A stretch of 64,000 bases of DNA from a virus: IMG/VR virus record IMGVR_UViG_3300046170_000289; one strand, 5' to 3'. Made by a program: the position numbers and the translations under genes. The notes beneath the pieces are model-generated. The model saw only the letters and a program-made list of their open reading frames with translations, made no database searches and was not told where the DNA came from. Below are positions 45,714-56,538 of the stretch, piece after piece (the stretch's first letter is position 1; each line of letters starts with the position of its first letter).

Positions 45714-48700
45714 ATAGACGATGTGGCAACCACTCAGGCATATCCAGACCAGTATACTGAGGTCTGGGGAAAGGATGCTCAGTCAGGTCAACAGTAAACT
45801 TACCTGCATCGTCGATGAATGCCCAGTTGATAACACCATCAGTGACAACACCAGTGTTATGCTGAGGTGCAATGGTGCCAGATGTGCCAGCACCCTGTGC
45901 TTCATAGATTCTCTTTTGGTTGTAGACACGATCACCTTGTGCATATGCAGTTGCTGCCTGCCAAGGAGACTCTTCTTCAATAGTATCGAAGTAAGTGCCT
46001 TCAATCTGGTTGATGTCTCCGCCAGGAGTTGTAGTGCGGAATCTATCAGTGGTATTAAATGTGCCAAAGATCTTACCAACTCTATACTTGGTGCCAATAC
46101 CAGGATTCAACAGAGTGCCTGCAGGGACTTCTGTGATAGTTGCAAAAGCAGTAGTAGTGCCAATGTTGTTAAACTGCTGCAGTATAGAATACTGAGTAAG
46201 TTTAATTGGTTGAGTAAACGTAAATTCTTGGACGTTATCAATCTTCTGATATAGAGCATCCCTCATGTAGAATTTGGGGATAACTTCAGCATCGATGATC
46301 AACCTCTTACCACGAGGTGATGGGATGGTAGAAGTCTTAGATGCATACTGATCATACACTGAAGATAGTGTATATGTACCAGGGATCAACGTAGAGAAAG
46401 TCTGGGACATGTCCAGAATCTGCAGACCACCAGGACCCTCTAACCATGGACTAATTGCACCAGGGCTAACAGATGTCCAGGTCATACCGATTGTATGATC
46501 GGTGAATGCAATAGTGCTATACTTGTTAAGACCAGTCAGGGTGTAAGATGCACGCTGAGTATGTGCTCTATCAAATTTAATCAGTGCAACATCAGAGTTA
46601 GATGTAGTGATTGCAATCTCAGAAGTAGGCACAGTATAAGAAGTGCCAGAATATGGAGCAGCATCATCGAGCACAAAGTCGTCGATGTTACCACGGAAAC
46701 TATTTGCAACTGTTGGAGCACTGACAGGACCACAGACAACAACATCATCGAGAGCAACATCAGTAGTGCTCTGATAACTGATCTGCTGGTTGCCGCCAAT
46801 GAATACCTCATAACGATACAGACCCAGAGATTCTTGACGCTTCTGGACAGTAACATGGACCCATGCTGCAGCAGCAAAGGCATCCCAGTTAGTTGCAGCA
46901 ACAGAAGAAGCAACCTGAGTGCCATTCAAGTAAAGGATAACCTTCTGATAGTCAGGATCGGTGTTATCACCTTGAATAGTTGCAGTGATTGAGTTGGTAT
47001 TAGTTGCATCGTTAATATGCAGCAGTGTGGGCTCATGAGCAGTATTCCATGCTGTAGTATTCATGGACATCCACATTCTGCCACTCCACTCAACAGGGGT
47101 CAGACCCAAGTCAGCGATAGTGATAGGTGCAACGTCGTTAAACTTCAGAGATCCACCATCAAATTTGTAAACAGCAGCATCATGAGTAATATCAGACTGA
47201 CTGAAGTAGTTGTATGTGCCAAGATCTTGCTTGGTAGTATCTTCTACAGGATTTGCACTGTTACCCATTCTCCAAGAGACGAGCTGATCAGATTGCTGAC
47301 GGTTGACAGCAAGAATAGTATCACCAGAGTTATCCAGAGCATGAGTAGTTGCTTGGAAACCGATGCTTGCAGTATCATCAACCTTAGTCTGATATAACAG
47401 AGTGCCGTCATACTTCATATAAGTGATAACTGCATATCTCTGATTCTGTGCTTCAGTAACATCAGAAACGAGAGTGTAGTTACCCCACTGGTCATAAGAA
47501 ATGCCAGCATGGTGCATTTCAAGGAAATCACCAGAAGTTGTAACTGTCTTACTCCAATCCCAAGTGGTTTGTGCAGTAGAAAGGAGGAATTTATTGATCT
47601 GGATCTTATCGTACTTAGATGCTGCAGAGTTGAAGATATCCCAAGCAACAATGATTGCACCATAGTCATCCATGACCATTGTTGGGTTGACAACACGTCC
47701 ACCCACCGTAGGAATCTGCTTGATCCAATCCATCTCGATGTTTGCACCATCGTAGAAGAATTCACCGAAGATCAAGTCATCATTTTGGTCGTTAACACCA
47801 ATAAAGAAGAATCTATCATCGGAGATCATCATGATCTGATGCATTTTCTCAGAATCGTCCTGAGATGCAACCTTACGCTTCTCAACTAGATCGCCTTCAA
47901 TACCACACTGGATGATCCACATATCATCGGGATCAACAGAGTTAGTATCGGTATAACCGCAAAGGTAGATACGTTGCTCTTGGTCAAGGGCAATGGAAGT
48001 TACATAATCTCTTCTGGTGCTACCAGAGATACCAGCGATTGCTCTCTGCCACTTCAGAATACCGTCAGGATCGTTTGCGTTGTTGAATCCAGACTCATAA
48101 AGTCCTAACCAGATGTCTGGGTTGTACGTATCGTTGTCAGGATTCTTTGTTTGGCCTGTAACATATATGAGGTCGTTTTCTGGAGTGTCATTGACCACCA
48201 TCTTGAGGAATTCAGCCCTCTTCTGGTTAGCATTAATAGGAATGAGAGTTCTTTCCCAGATCTTCTGACCCAAGTCATCAAACTTAGCAAGGAAACCAGA
48301 CTCGTCACCATCTGTCTCAGTAATCTTACCGCAGATATAGGTATTGCGTTGTGCAGTAACTTTAATATCATTGATTTCAATGATACCAGTTGCTTCCATA
48401 TACTCGGTCAACCAATAGCGAGTCTTCTTAAACTGCTGTGGATGGGAGACACGAATTTGAGGAGGATTCTCAGGATCATAACCATTACCAGAGTTGATAA
48501 TGTTGACAGTATTGATCTGACCAGTGTTTTGTAAGATAATCTCTAGTTGACCATCCTGACCAGCAGATGTGATCAATTCAAACGTAGGAGGAATATCTTC
48601 ATTGTAACCAACACCAACCTGACTTACATTGATACGCTCAATACCAGATACAACTTTAACTTTGAAGTTTTTGTTGGTGTTATCAATGACAGGAGTGGAG

Positions 48701-51700
48701 TTAATAATCAACTCATCCTGTGCTCTCAGGTCATGGTTAGTAGAAGTCGCAATTACACCATAAGGGCGATCACCAATGATCTCCTTACTGTATGATTGAA
48801 TGATTTGACCCTTAACAGATTCGATAAGTGCAGAAGCACCAAAACCACCAGTGCCTTCATCATCGAAGAAGATAGTATCATTAACCTGATAGGATTCACC
48901 TGGGTTTTCAATAACGAAACCGTCGATCTGAGCATCTTCAAACTGAGTAGTTGTCTCAACTTCGATGTCAACTCTAGACTCTTCAGAAACCTGAGGGAAG
49001 TAATCATAGATTTGTAGAGTTGCCTCTTCAGACATCTCAAGGATTTCTTGCTGCTCGTTGGCATCAATGATTCCGTCGTTATTACTGTCCTGCACCTCAA
49101 AGATAAGAGGATATCCTTCGATCTCAGTCGTCAGGACATCTGCTTCTTGGTTAGGTTGACGATCAACATCGATGTCAACATTAACATAAGGATCTCTATA
49201 TCTTACAACGTCAGTTGGGATATTTTCCTGGGTTGCACCTTGGGTGAAGTTCCAGTTATCAGGAAGTGAGTTAAACTGAGGTCCAAGGATATATGGGAAT
49301 TCTGCAATACCTGCTTCTGATGCATCAATAGTGATGAAGTATGCATAAGTGCCATCAGGGAATTGTGGTGTCTTACAGAAACGACCGTTATAGTTGTCAA
49401 GGTCACCAGACTGGAAGTCGTAGGTATAGTCAGCAACAAACGATCCAGCAGGATATTCAGACAACTGAGGTCCGTCAATACGAGCAGGATTTGGATTAGT
49501 TGCTAGGTCATAGACAACGTTATCTTTTAGTTTATACGAAGTGCGAAGTCTTCTGATTCCGCTGTTTTGGTCAGTTGGGTCAATGTAACCATAGGGACCG
49601 TAGATTGGGTTACCATCGTAAGCCCAACCCAGAATAGGAGAGTGCTCAAAATTGGATGCTACCTCTTGGAATTGTTGTGTAACGGGATTGAGGAAGACGT
49701 TATCGCCCACCACATAACGAAGCTCTTTAGGATCACTAACGTGAGCATACTCACCACCAAACTGGTTATTCAGACCAGTAAAGACGTATCCTCTTGCTCC
49801 ATCATACTTTGCATTGAGATCATACTGAAGGTTTTTATTCCACTCAAATACTTGTGGAGTAAATTCAGCAAAGTCGCCAACAGACTCAAGTCTAACAGTG
49901 GTAAGACCTTGGGTATATCCAATACCTCTGTTACTGATGTCAACGCTAAGGACTCTACCTTTATCTTCACCAACAGTGCCGATAACTGCTCTTGCAATAG
50001 CACCGAAACCATCACCATTGATGACAATGGTAGGAGCAGTTGTATAACCACTACCAGAGTTAATGATAGCGATAGAAACGATACGACCATTGATAACAAT
50101 GGGTTGTGCCAAAGCACCTTCACCAGAGTTAACTCTGATAGCAGGCAGGTCTGTATAACCACTACCAACGTTGGTAATAGCAACACTTTGAATAGGACCA
50201 CGGACGTTTGCATTTGCTGTAGCACCTGTGCCGCCACCACCAGTAACTGAAATACTAGGTTGTGAAGTATATCCCGATCCTGGTTGCTCAACCAGAATTC
50301 TGGTAACACGACCACCAGTTACGATAGCTTGTGCAGTTGCTCCAATACCGCCACCACCAACGATGGAGACTAGAGGAGATTCTGTATATCCACTACCTTC
50401 ATTAGTAACGTCAAGTGAAGTCAGACTACCATTAACAACAACTTCGCCAGTAGCACCTGTACCGCCACCACCAGTAATTTCTAGGGCAGGTTTAGATCCT
50501 GCATCATAGTCTTGACCAGTATTGGCAACTGTAATGCCAGTCAGAGGACCAAATCTAACAAAGTCGCCAGACTTGTATGCCCAGATAGACACACCATTCA
50601 CCCATGCACCAATCGAGGTGTTTGCTTGAATATCTTGACGCTCAGAGATGGTCTGGACGTTACGGGGCAGACGAATCAGTTTACGCTGGTTACCAGGGAT
50701 CAGTGCCGACCCTGTGAAAGGACCAACCTTATAATTGGGTAGACCAGAGGAAGCAACATAAACGTACTGATCATTAAAGAAGGAGTTTTGGATATTTGTT
50801 GTAAACTCGCTAACAACACTATCGATGGAATTGACATCGGACTTACCTCTGTTAAGGTCCACAGAGAGAAGAATGTTACCTTCAGGAATGATCTCCGTGG
50901 GAGTATTGATCTGGTATGTGAATTGGAATTCATCAATACGAGAAGTAACGGTAAAGGTGCCGTTGAATACAACAGGGTTAGCACCATAGATCGTCACCTG
51001 ATCGGACACCAGAAGACCGTGTGGGTTGCCACAGACAACAGTAGCAGTCTGGTTGTTAACACCACCAGGGGTAACGCTAGTAACTTGAATCAGTTTTTTA
51101 ACGTTATACAACCAGGAAGACAATCTCTCGTCTTCAGAAGAAGATCCGAGTTTAGCAACCTTCAGTTTGTCACCTTGCAGGTAGTAAGATCCAGTATCAT
51201 TCAGGATCGTTGTGCCTGCCTCTGCAATACCAAGCACTCTGAGTTTACACTCAGTTGGGGTGTCCTTATTGACATATACAAAGATGTCAGAGAAGACAAT
51301 AGTGCCAGGATCCCAATCTTCTACAACACCATTCTGAGATCTGGTGCATTCGATAAACTGGTTAAGTGATTTCTCTTTATACTGTACGATCTCTTGATCG
51401 TTGATACGAATGGTGCCGTTTCTCTCTGGCCATCCAATCGTGGAGTCAACGGTAATAATCTGACCAGTTGTATCCAACGGCTCAACTAGAGTCGTCTTAT
51501 ATGGGATAACAAAACTACCAGTTAGTGTTTCTTCAGAGATTGCCAATTCATAGATTGTGTCCTTACCTTCGATGATGGTAATGACGTTTTCAATCAGGGC
51601 ATTTGCTGATTTAACAGCAAGGTCAACTTCATCAGTATATTGAATAAGTTGAGAGTCAATCAGATTAGCAGGGTCACCTGAGATTAACTCAGCACGCAAC

Positions 51701-53934
51701 ACGGTATCAACAACCCATGTAGCAGCAGATGGAGAGATGATCTCATCTCTAGGATAATAGATATCCACCTGCTCGCCAAACATGATCTTAAACAGATACT
51801 GTGTGGAGAGCTCAGTGCCTTTACTGATGTAGAAGTCACTGATGTTTTTAATAACTTGGACTGGATTGATTGAAGAATAATCAATCTCAATCGTAGGAAG
51901 ATATTGTCTTCTAAACTTATCAAAGACTTCTCTAATAAACAGAGAGTCTAAGTTAACAACTGTGGATGCAGCAGGGTGAGTAGACTGACGCAGTGCTGCT
52001 TCACCAGCATAGATCTCATTATGAAGGTTATCGTATCCAACAGCACCAGATACACCACGACTACACTCAAGGAATGCAGAAGGTGAATATCCACTACCTC
52101 TTTCAATGATCTCATAACCAGTCAGCTCGTTGAAACCAACAGCAACAGATGCTCTTGCTGCTTTAGGCTCAGCGATGTAGATCTTAGGAGGCTCTGTCTC
52201 AGAATATCCACTACCGAAGTTGGTAATATTGATATCAGTGATTTCACCGTTAAAGATAGTAGCTTGTGCAGTTGCACCCGTGCCACCAATTGGCTCACCG
52301 TAAGGATCCTTTCTGTCGTCAACAATATACACAGAAGGAGCATCGGTATAACCGTTGCCACCTGTTAGCATTTGAATATTGGTAACGTTACCAGATGCAA
52401 CAGTAACGTCAAGAACCTGAGCACCGATAGGTTGAATAATTCTTGCTCTAGGTGGGGTTACATACCCTCTACCTCTATTTGTAATAACGATCTCGTAGAC
52501 TTGACCGTCTTGGTTGATTCTGGAAATTGCCTGAGCATTGATACCACCCTCAGGTGCTGGGTCCAGATATACAATAGGAGGATTACTATAGTTCAGTCCA
52601 AATTCTTCGACAGTAATACTGTCAATGTTTACACGACCTTCACTATCAATCGTAGGTTGACCGATTTGGCAACCACCAGGATTAACAAACGAAATAGCAG
52701 GGATAAAGTCATATCCACTACCAGAATTCATGATAGTTAGACTATCAACCTGACCAGTTTCGTCATTTACAGTCAGAGCGACTTTTGCCAGTGTGCCACC
52801 TGTAGGAGCGCCTACAAGAGCGATTGGGGGGTTATATGATGTGTAACCCTGTCCACCATCAATTAGGTTGATATCTTTGATACCACTAACCAAAGTTTTG
52901 GCAGTTGCACCTCTACCTTCAGAGTGCTGGACTACAACCTTAGGCTCAAAGTCCAGTCTATATCCACTACCACCAGTTTTAGGAATTAAGCGATCAACTT
53001 GACCAGTAGCATCAACAGAGACGACTGCAGACGCTCCAGATCCAAATAGAGGTGCAATATACTCAACAGAGCGAATATGAATGTCATCAGCAGCACCCAG
53101 AGGGAATCTGAAGACAACTTGATCTTCAAATACCGTATAATCGGTATATGCCTCTAATTGGCGATTATTCTTCTTGACAATCAGACCAATTGCCGAAGTT
53201 GGCGTATATGGTTGTGTATTTACTCTGAGAGGATATTCTTTCTTACCTTGGTAATCTTCAAAGGGTATGGCATCAGTTGTGACGATCGCTTGATCGGCAT
53301 ACCCAACCAAATAGATAATTTCAGTGAATGCAGAGTCGTCAGCACCAGATCTTTCGCGAGGAGGAACAGCAAAGCGAATTTCGTCGCCTTCGAGGAAGTA
53401 ATCAACTCCAGGCACCAACATTTCGTTATATGTGATAACGATTAGGTGATCTGCTGAAGGAGGGTTTACAGGAGTGCCTAAAAAGTTTAGGGGGAATTTA
53501 TTTCGGACCCCATCAAACAACTGGAAAGGATTTTCGAGTTGTTGTTTCTTTTTATCAAACTGAGCAGGAGAAACACCTGGGGTAATGATCGCATCAGGTC
53601 CACGAGTAACAGACTCGTAATAAATGACCTCATTGTCGATCATGATCGAGCCATCGGTCTCCTTGAAACCGTCAATTGACTCAATTCTGATAGTTTTATC
53701 GTACAGACCGATATCACTCAACAAGAGTGTATCTTTAGACAATTCATCCGACGTATAACCGTCAAGATCCAAATAACCCAGAAGATTATTCAGGATATCG
53801 TAAGGACGACCTGTTTTCTCTTGAGACTTGTAATATTGGAAGAGAAAGTCAACAAACTGTCGATCCTCCTCCCTAATAAATTCTGGGAGTTGATTTTCAA
53901 CTCTATCCGAGATGGCAATATTCTTGTGTGGCAT
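45529..53934 (-). CDS. Giant gp7-position baseplate wedge initiator-like protein, N-terminal fragment (1 of 3)
   Basis: Starts right after gp6. N-terminus ISDRVENQLPEFIREEDRQFVDFLFQYYKSQE and FYISKGTELSTQYLFKIMFG are typical of cyanomyovirus gp7-like giants. Confidence 0.85.
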   Translation of the reverse strand: MPHKNIAISDRVENQLPEFIREEDRQFVDFLFQYYKSQEKTGRPYDILNNLLGYLDLDGYTSDELSKDTLLLSDIGLYDKTIRIESIDGFKETDGSIMIDNEVIYYESVTRGPDAIITPGVSPAQFDKKKQQLENPFQLFDGVRNKFPLNFLGTPVNPPSADHLIVITYNEMLVPGVDYFLEGDEIRFAVPPRERSGADDSAFTEIIYLVGYADQAIVTTDAIPFEDYQGKKEYPLRVNTQPYTPTSAIGLIVKKNNRQLEAYTDYTVFEDQVVFRFPLGAADDIHIRSVEYIAPLFGSGASAVVSVDATGQVDRLIPKTGGSGYRLDFEPKVVVQHSEGRGATAKTLVSGIKDINLIDGGQGYTSYNPPIALVGAPTGGTLAKVALTVNDETGQVDSLTIMNSGSGYDFIPAISFVNPGGCQIGQPTIDSEGRVNIDSITVEEFGLNYSNPPIVYLDPAPEGGINAQAISRINQDGQVYEIVITNRGRGYVTPPRARIIQPIGAQVLDVTVASGNVTNIQMLTGGNGYTDAPSVYIVDDRKDPYGEPIGGTGATAQATIFNGEITDINITNFGSGYSETEPPKIYIAEPKAARASVAVGFNELTGYEIIERGSGYSPSAFLECSRGVSGAVGYDNLHNEIYAGEAALRQSTHPAASTVVNLDSLFIREVFDKFRRQYLPTIEIDYSSINPVQVIKNISDFYISKGTELSTQYLFKIMFGEQVDIYYPRDEIISPSAATWVVDTVLRAELISGDPANLIDSQLIQYTDEVDLAVKSANALIENVITIIEGKDTIYELAISEETLTGSFVIPYKTTLVEPLDTTGQIITVDSTIGWPERNGTIRINDQEIVQYKEKSLNQFIECTRSQNGVVEDWDPGTIVFSDIFVYVNKDTPTECKLRVLGIAEAGTTILNDTGSYYLQGDKLKVAKLGSSSEDERLSSWLYNVKKLIQVTSVTPGGVNNQTATVVCGNPHGLLVSDQVTIYGANPVVFNGTFTVTSRIDEFQFTYQINTPTEIIPEGNILLSVDLNRGKSDVNSIDSVVSEFTTNIQNSFFNDQYVYVASSGLPNYKVGPFTGSALIPGNQRKLIRLPRNVQTISERQDIQANTSIGAWVNGVSIWAYKSGDFVRFGPLTGITVANTGQDYDAGSKPALEITGGGGTGATGEVVVNGSLTSLDVTNEGSGYTESPLVSIVGGGGIGATAQAIVTGGRVTRILVEQPGSGYTSQPSISVTGGGGTGATANANVRGPIQSVAITNVGSGYTDLPAIRVNSGEGALAQPIVINGRIVSIAIINSGSGYTTAPTIVINGDGFGAIARAVIGTVGEDKGRVLSVDISNRGIGYTQGLTTVRLESVGDFAEFTPQVFEWNKNLQYDLNAKYDGARGYVFTGLNNQFGGEYAHVSDPKELRYVVGDNVFLNPVTQQFQEVASNFEHSPILGWAYDGNPIYGPYGYIDPTDQNSGIRRLRTSYKLKDNVVYDLATNPNPARIDGPQLSEYPAGSFVADYTYDFQSGDLDNYNGRFCKTPQFPDGTYAYFITIDASEAGIAEFPYILGPQFNSLPDNWNFTQGATQENIPTDVVRYRDPYVNVDIDVDRQPNQEADVLTTEIEGYPLIFEVQDSNNDGIIDANEQQEILEMSEEATLQIYDYFPQVSEESRVDIEVETTTQFEDAQIDGFVIENPGESYQVNDTIFFDDEGTGGFGASALIESVKGQIIQSYSKEIIGDRPYGVIATSTNHDLRAQDELIINSTPVIDNTNKNFKVKVVSGIERINVSQVGVGYNEDIPPTFELITSAGQDGQLEIILQNTGQINTVNIINSGNGYDPENPPQIRVSHPQQFKKTRYWLTEYMEATGIIEINDIKVTAQRNTYICGKITETDGDESGFLAKFDDLGQKIWERTLIPINANQKRAEFLKMVVNDTPENDLIYVTGQTKNPDNDTYNPDIWLGLYESGFNNANDPDGILKWQRAIAGISGSTRRDYVTSIALDQEQRIYLCGYTDTNSVDPDDMWIIQCGIEGDLVEKRKVASQDDSEKMHQIMMISDDRFFFIGVNDQNDDLIFGEFFYDGANIEMDWIKQIPTVGGRVVNPTMVMDDYGAIIVAWDIFNSAASKYDKIQINKFLLSTAQTTWDWSKTVTTSGDFLEMHHAGISYDQWGNYTLVSDVTEAQNQRYAVITYMKYDGTLLYQTKVDDTASIGFQATTHALDNSGDTILAVNRQQSDQLVSWRMGNSANPVEDTTKQDLGTYNYFSQSDITHDAAVYKFDGGSLKFNDVAPITIADLGLTPVEWSGRMWMSMNTTAWNTAHEPTLLHINDATNTNSITATIQGDNTDPDYQKVILYLNGTQVASSVAATNWDAFAAAAWVHVTVQKRQESLGLYRYEVFIGGNQQISYQSTTDVALDDVVVCGPVSAPTVANSFRGNIDDFVLDDAAPYSGTSYTVPTSEIAITTSNSDVALIKFDRAHTQRASYTLTGLNKYSTIAFTDHTIGMTWTSVSPGAISPWLEGPGGLQILDMSQTFSTLIPGTYTLSSVYDQYASKTSTIPSPRGKRLIIDAEVIPKFYMRDALYQKIDNVQEFTFTQPIKLTQYSILQQFNNIGTTTAFATITEVPAGTLLNPGIGTKYRVGKIFGTFNTTDRFRTTTPGGDINQIEGTYFDTIEEESPWQAATAYAQGDRVYNQKRIYEAQGAGTSGTIAPQHNTGVVTDGVINWAFIDDAGKFTVDLTEHPFPRPQYTGLDMPEWLPHRLYATGQRVWYKLNVYQVAVGGGGVTTAVPPTHTTGDVSDGTVTWSFVETSEAISPYTPFDAL

Positions 53935-53939
53935 CTATT

Positions 53940-56123
53940 TCAGAAACAGGAGGTATCTACTGGATATGTGAAAGTATCCGTGGGATAATCAATGATATTT
54001 ATCCCGCTTGGGTCACCGAAGTTGTAACCGCTAAAGTTGTTAGGATCGAAAGGAGGAATTGAGATATTACTGGTTTTCCAGTCGATTGGATTGACCGTTG
54101 GATTAAAGATCGTGGGGTCAACGCCAGGTGGAATCAGGATAGATCCTCCATATGGGAGCACTTGGATTGGAAGGCGAGTTGAGTCGTCTGGTGTGCCTTG
54201 AATTGCAAGGGGACCGACGCAAACTTGACCTTTACTGTAATCTACGCTACCAACAGCATTATTTAACACAACTTCAACCTCGTCTCTTTTGGTGACAAGG
54301 AGAAGGTTACCTTTTCCATCATCTCTGATGTTAACAGGCACCAAAACTTGATTTTCGCCAGTAATTGACTGGGAAGACGCAACAGGACTGGTTGAATTAG
54401 TGCCAGCACCCTGCATAGTCAAATTAACGAGATCTTCTGAGTAACCTGTTGCATAGAAGGTGCCAGATTTGACCACAGAGAAGGAAGGAGCACAAGATCC
54501 TGAATCTCCGCCACCAGCATTGGGATCCTGCTCACATCTACCGTTAATACAGACTTGACCCTCTGGACAATCTGCATCTGTAGAGCAAGAAGTGCCATCT
54601 CCACCTTCAGGACTTCCTGAATAGTCGCCAGGGTTGTAAAGTGGGTTACCGAAGTCCAGACATTGAGTAAATACGTTACCAAACTCGAATTCGTCAAGAT
54701 TTTGACCAACTGTCATCTGTGTGACACTACCAGAGATCGAAGGGTCGCTATTATCGACCATTGCGTTATACTTGGACAGATCAACACGACCACCGAAGCG
54801 ATTATTCTGACCATTCCTGTTATACTGGTCAATATTGCGAAGAACATCACTTCCGAGTTGAGCACCACTCTTATTAGTGTTATTACCGTCGTAATAAACG
54901 TAAGATTTTGGAATAACGTAGAAAATGGTAGGATCAATGATCACAGGATCGATAGATGCAACCGTATAACGCTTCAGATCGTTTTTGATCTTTGCTTTTG
55001 TCGTCTCATTCAGTTTGTTACCCGTTTTTGGACGGATAGCAACATAAACTTTACCGTAAATGGGTGGAGTAAGTTTCTCACCACCATATGCGGTCACTGC
55101 CGCTGCCTGAGGATAGATTTCTGAGACAATATGCTCATAATCCGCTTCAGTCACTGCTCTGTTTTGAGTAGAGAATGATCTAGGTGCTCTAAACTTGATA
55201 GATAGCGCACTTTCACGCTCTTCACCGTCTGCTGCAGACTCTCTAGTGACAACATTGATGTTTGCAGGTGCAATTGCGCGTTGATCACTGTCTCTAATAG
55301 TGCCAATGAAGGCAAAGTCCTTACAACCGTTTGCTTCTTGACCGAAAGTGGTCACATATGACAGTCTGATGAATTCACCATCGATCAATTTACGTCCAAG
55401 CACACCATCACCGAAGATCAGACGGTATCTAAGGTCATCTGACTCCTCAAGGTAGTAAACACGAGAGGTGCTGTTGAGCGTAGTTACGTTTGCAGCGAGG
55501 TTGTAGGTGTCAATCTCTTGCGACTGTGCGTTAGGTGAGATATCAACGTAAACCAAGGCGGTGTCTACGTTTTCAGCGGGGATAATATAGTCTTGTCTCT
55601 TAGTATAGTCAACTGTGTAGTTATACTTAAGCAAGTTGCCCTGATAAACCAACACAGGGTCAAATACTGCGATACCAGTTGAGGGATCTACAGTAGTTTG
55701 CAACTCTCTAGTTACACAGAAGGTGTAAGTATCGTTAAAGTTACGGGCAACAAACACATCCCCTGCAGCAAGTGTGCAGAATTCTGGGAATGTGGTGCCA
55801 TTCAGTGAAACTTGTGTTTGCACGCGGATAGTTACACACGCTCTAGGTGCCTTAATTGACCTAGGAGTGTAATTTAACTGCTTTGCGATGCGGATAACAT
55901 TGTCTCTTACCGTAGCAGTCTCAAGAAATGCTTCATTCAGCGCCATGTTAGCGTTGAATGCTGTATAGTATGTGTTATACGCTAGGATATCAATCAGATA
56001 TGACGCAGCACTACCTTCAAAGTCGTAATCAGTAAACTCGTTACGCGTTCTGAGGTAAGATTTGATAGACTCTTTAATCTCAAAGAAGTCTAACGACGTT
56101 AGTTGTGATGGGATTGCAGACAT
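53940..56123 (-). CDS. gp6: Baseplate wedge subunit
   Basis: LDFFEIKESIKSYLR, FTDYDFEGS, LAYNTYYTAFNANM, FGDGVLGRKL and APRSFSTQNRAVT. Confidence 0.95.
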   Translation of the reverse strand: MSAIPSQLTSLDFFEIKESIKSYLRTRNEFTDYDFEGSAASYLIDILAYNTYYTAFNANMALNEAFLETATVRDNVIRIAKQLNYTPRSIKAPRACVTIRVQTQVSLNGTTFPEFCTLAAGDVFVARNFNDTYTFCVTRELQTTVDPSTGIAVFDPVLVYQGNLLKYNYTVDYTKRQDYIIPAENVDTALVYVDISPNAQSQEIDTYNLAANVTTLNSTSRVYYLEESDDLRYRLIFGDGVLGRKLIDGEFIRLSYVTTFGQEANGCKDFAFIGTIRDSDQRAIAPANINVVTRESAADGEERESALSIKFRAPRSFSTQNRAVTEADYEHIVSEIYPQAAAVTAYGGEKLTPPIYGKVYVAIRPKTGNKLNETTKAKIKNDLKRYTVASIDPVIIDPTIFYVIPKSYVYYDGNNTNKSGAQLGSDVLRNIDQYNRNGQNNRFGGRVDLSKYNAMVDNSDPSISGSVTQMTVGQNLDEFEFGNVFTQCLDFGNPLYNPGDYSGSPEGGDGTSCSTDADCPEGQVCINGRCEQDPNAGGGDSGSCAPSFSVVKSGTFYATGYSEDLVNLTMQGAGTNSTSPVASSQSITGENQVLVPVNIRDDGKGNLLLVTKRDEVEVVLNNAVGSVDYSKGQVCVGPLAIQGTPDDSTRLPIQVLPYGGSILIPPGVDPTIFNPTVNPIDWKTSNISIPPFDPNNFSGYNFGDPSGINIIDYPTDTFTYPVDTSCF

Positions 56124-56124
56124 T

Positions 56125-56538
56125 TCAGGTCTTCTCTAAGAGGAATGTTACTTCTTGGGATATGTTTTCACCAGTGATCAAATACTCAAGCTCAACTTGA
56201 ATTTCGTTGAGATCATCGTTGTCTCTGATGCGGACATCTTGGACAGTGATTCTCGGTTCAAGACGTTGAAGGCAATCACGGATTTCAGTCTTAATCGCAT
56301 CCTTCGAGAATGGATCCCATGGCTCAAAAAGAAGACCTTTCACCCGACTTCCAATGTTCGGCTGAAAAGGTCTTTCACCTAATATAGTCAATAGCAAATT
56401 TCTTACAGATTGATTGATTGCTCTCTCATTCTTGACAGCACCAAAATCGTCAGTAGAAGGATTTGAATTGAAGGAAATTGCTAAGTCCTTGAATCCTCTA
56501 CTGACGTACTGGTCTGATCTGAATCTGTAAGCAGGCAT
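56125..56538 (-). CDS. gp25: Baseplate wedge subunit (lysozyme-like fold)
   Basis: FKDLAISF, AINQSVRNLLLTILGERPFQPNIGS and EPRITV. Confidence 0.95.
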   Translation of the reverse strand: MPAYRFRSDQYVSRGFKDLAISFNSNPSTDDFGAVKNERAINQSVRNLLLTILGERPFQPNIGSRVKGLLFEPWDPFSKDAIKTEIRDCLQRLEPRITVQDVRIRDNDDLNEIQVELEYLITGENISQEVTFLLEKT

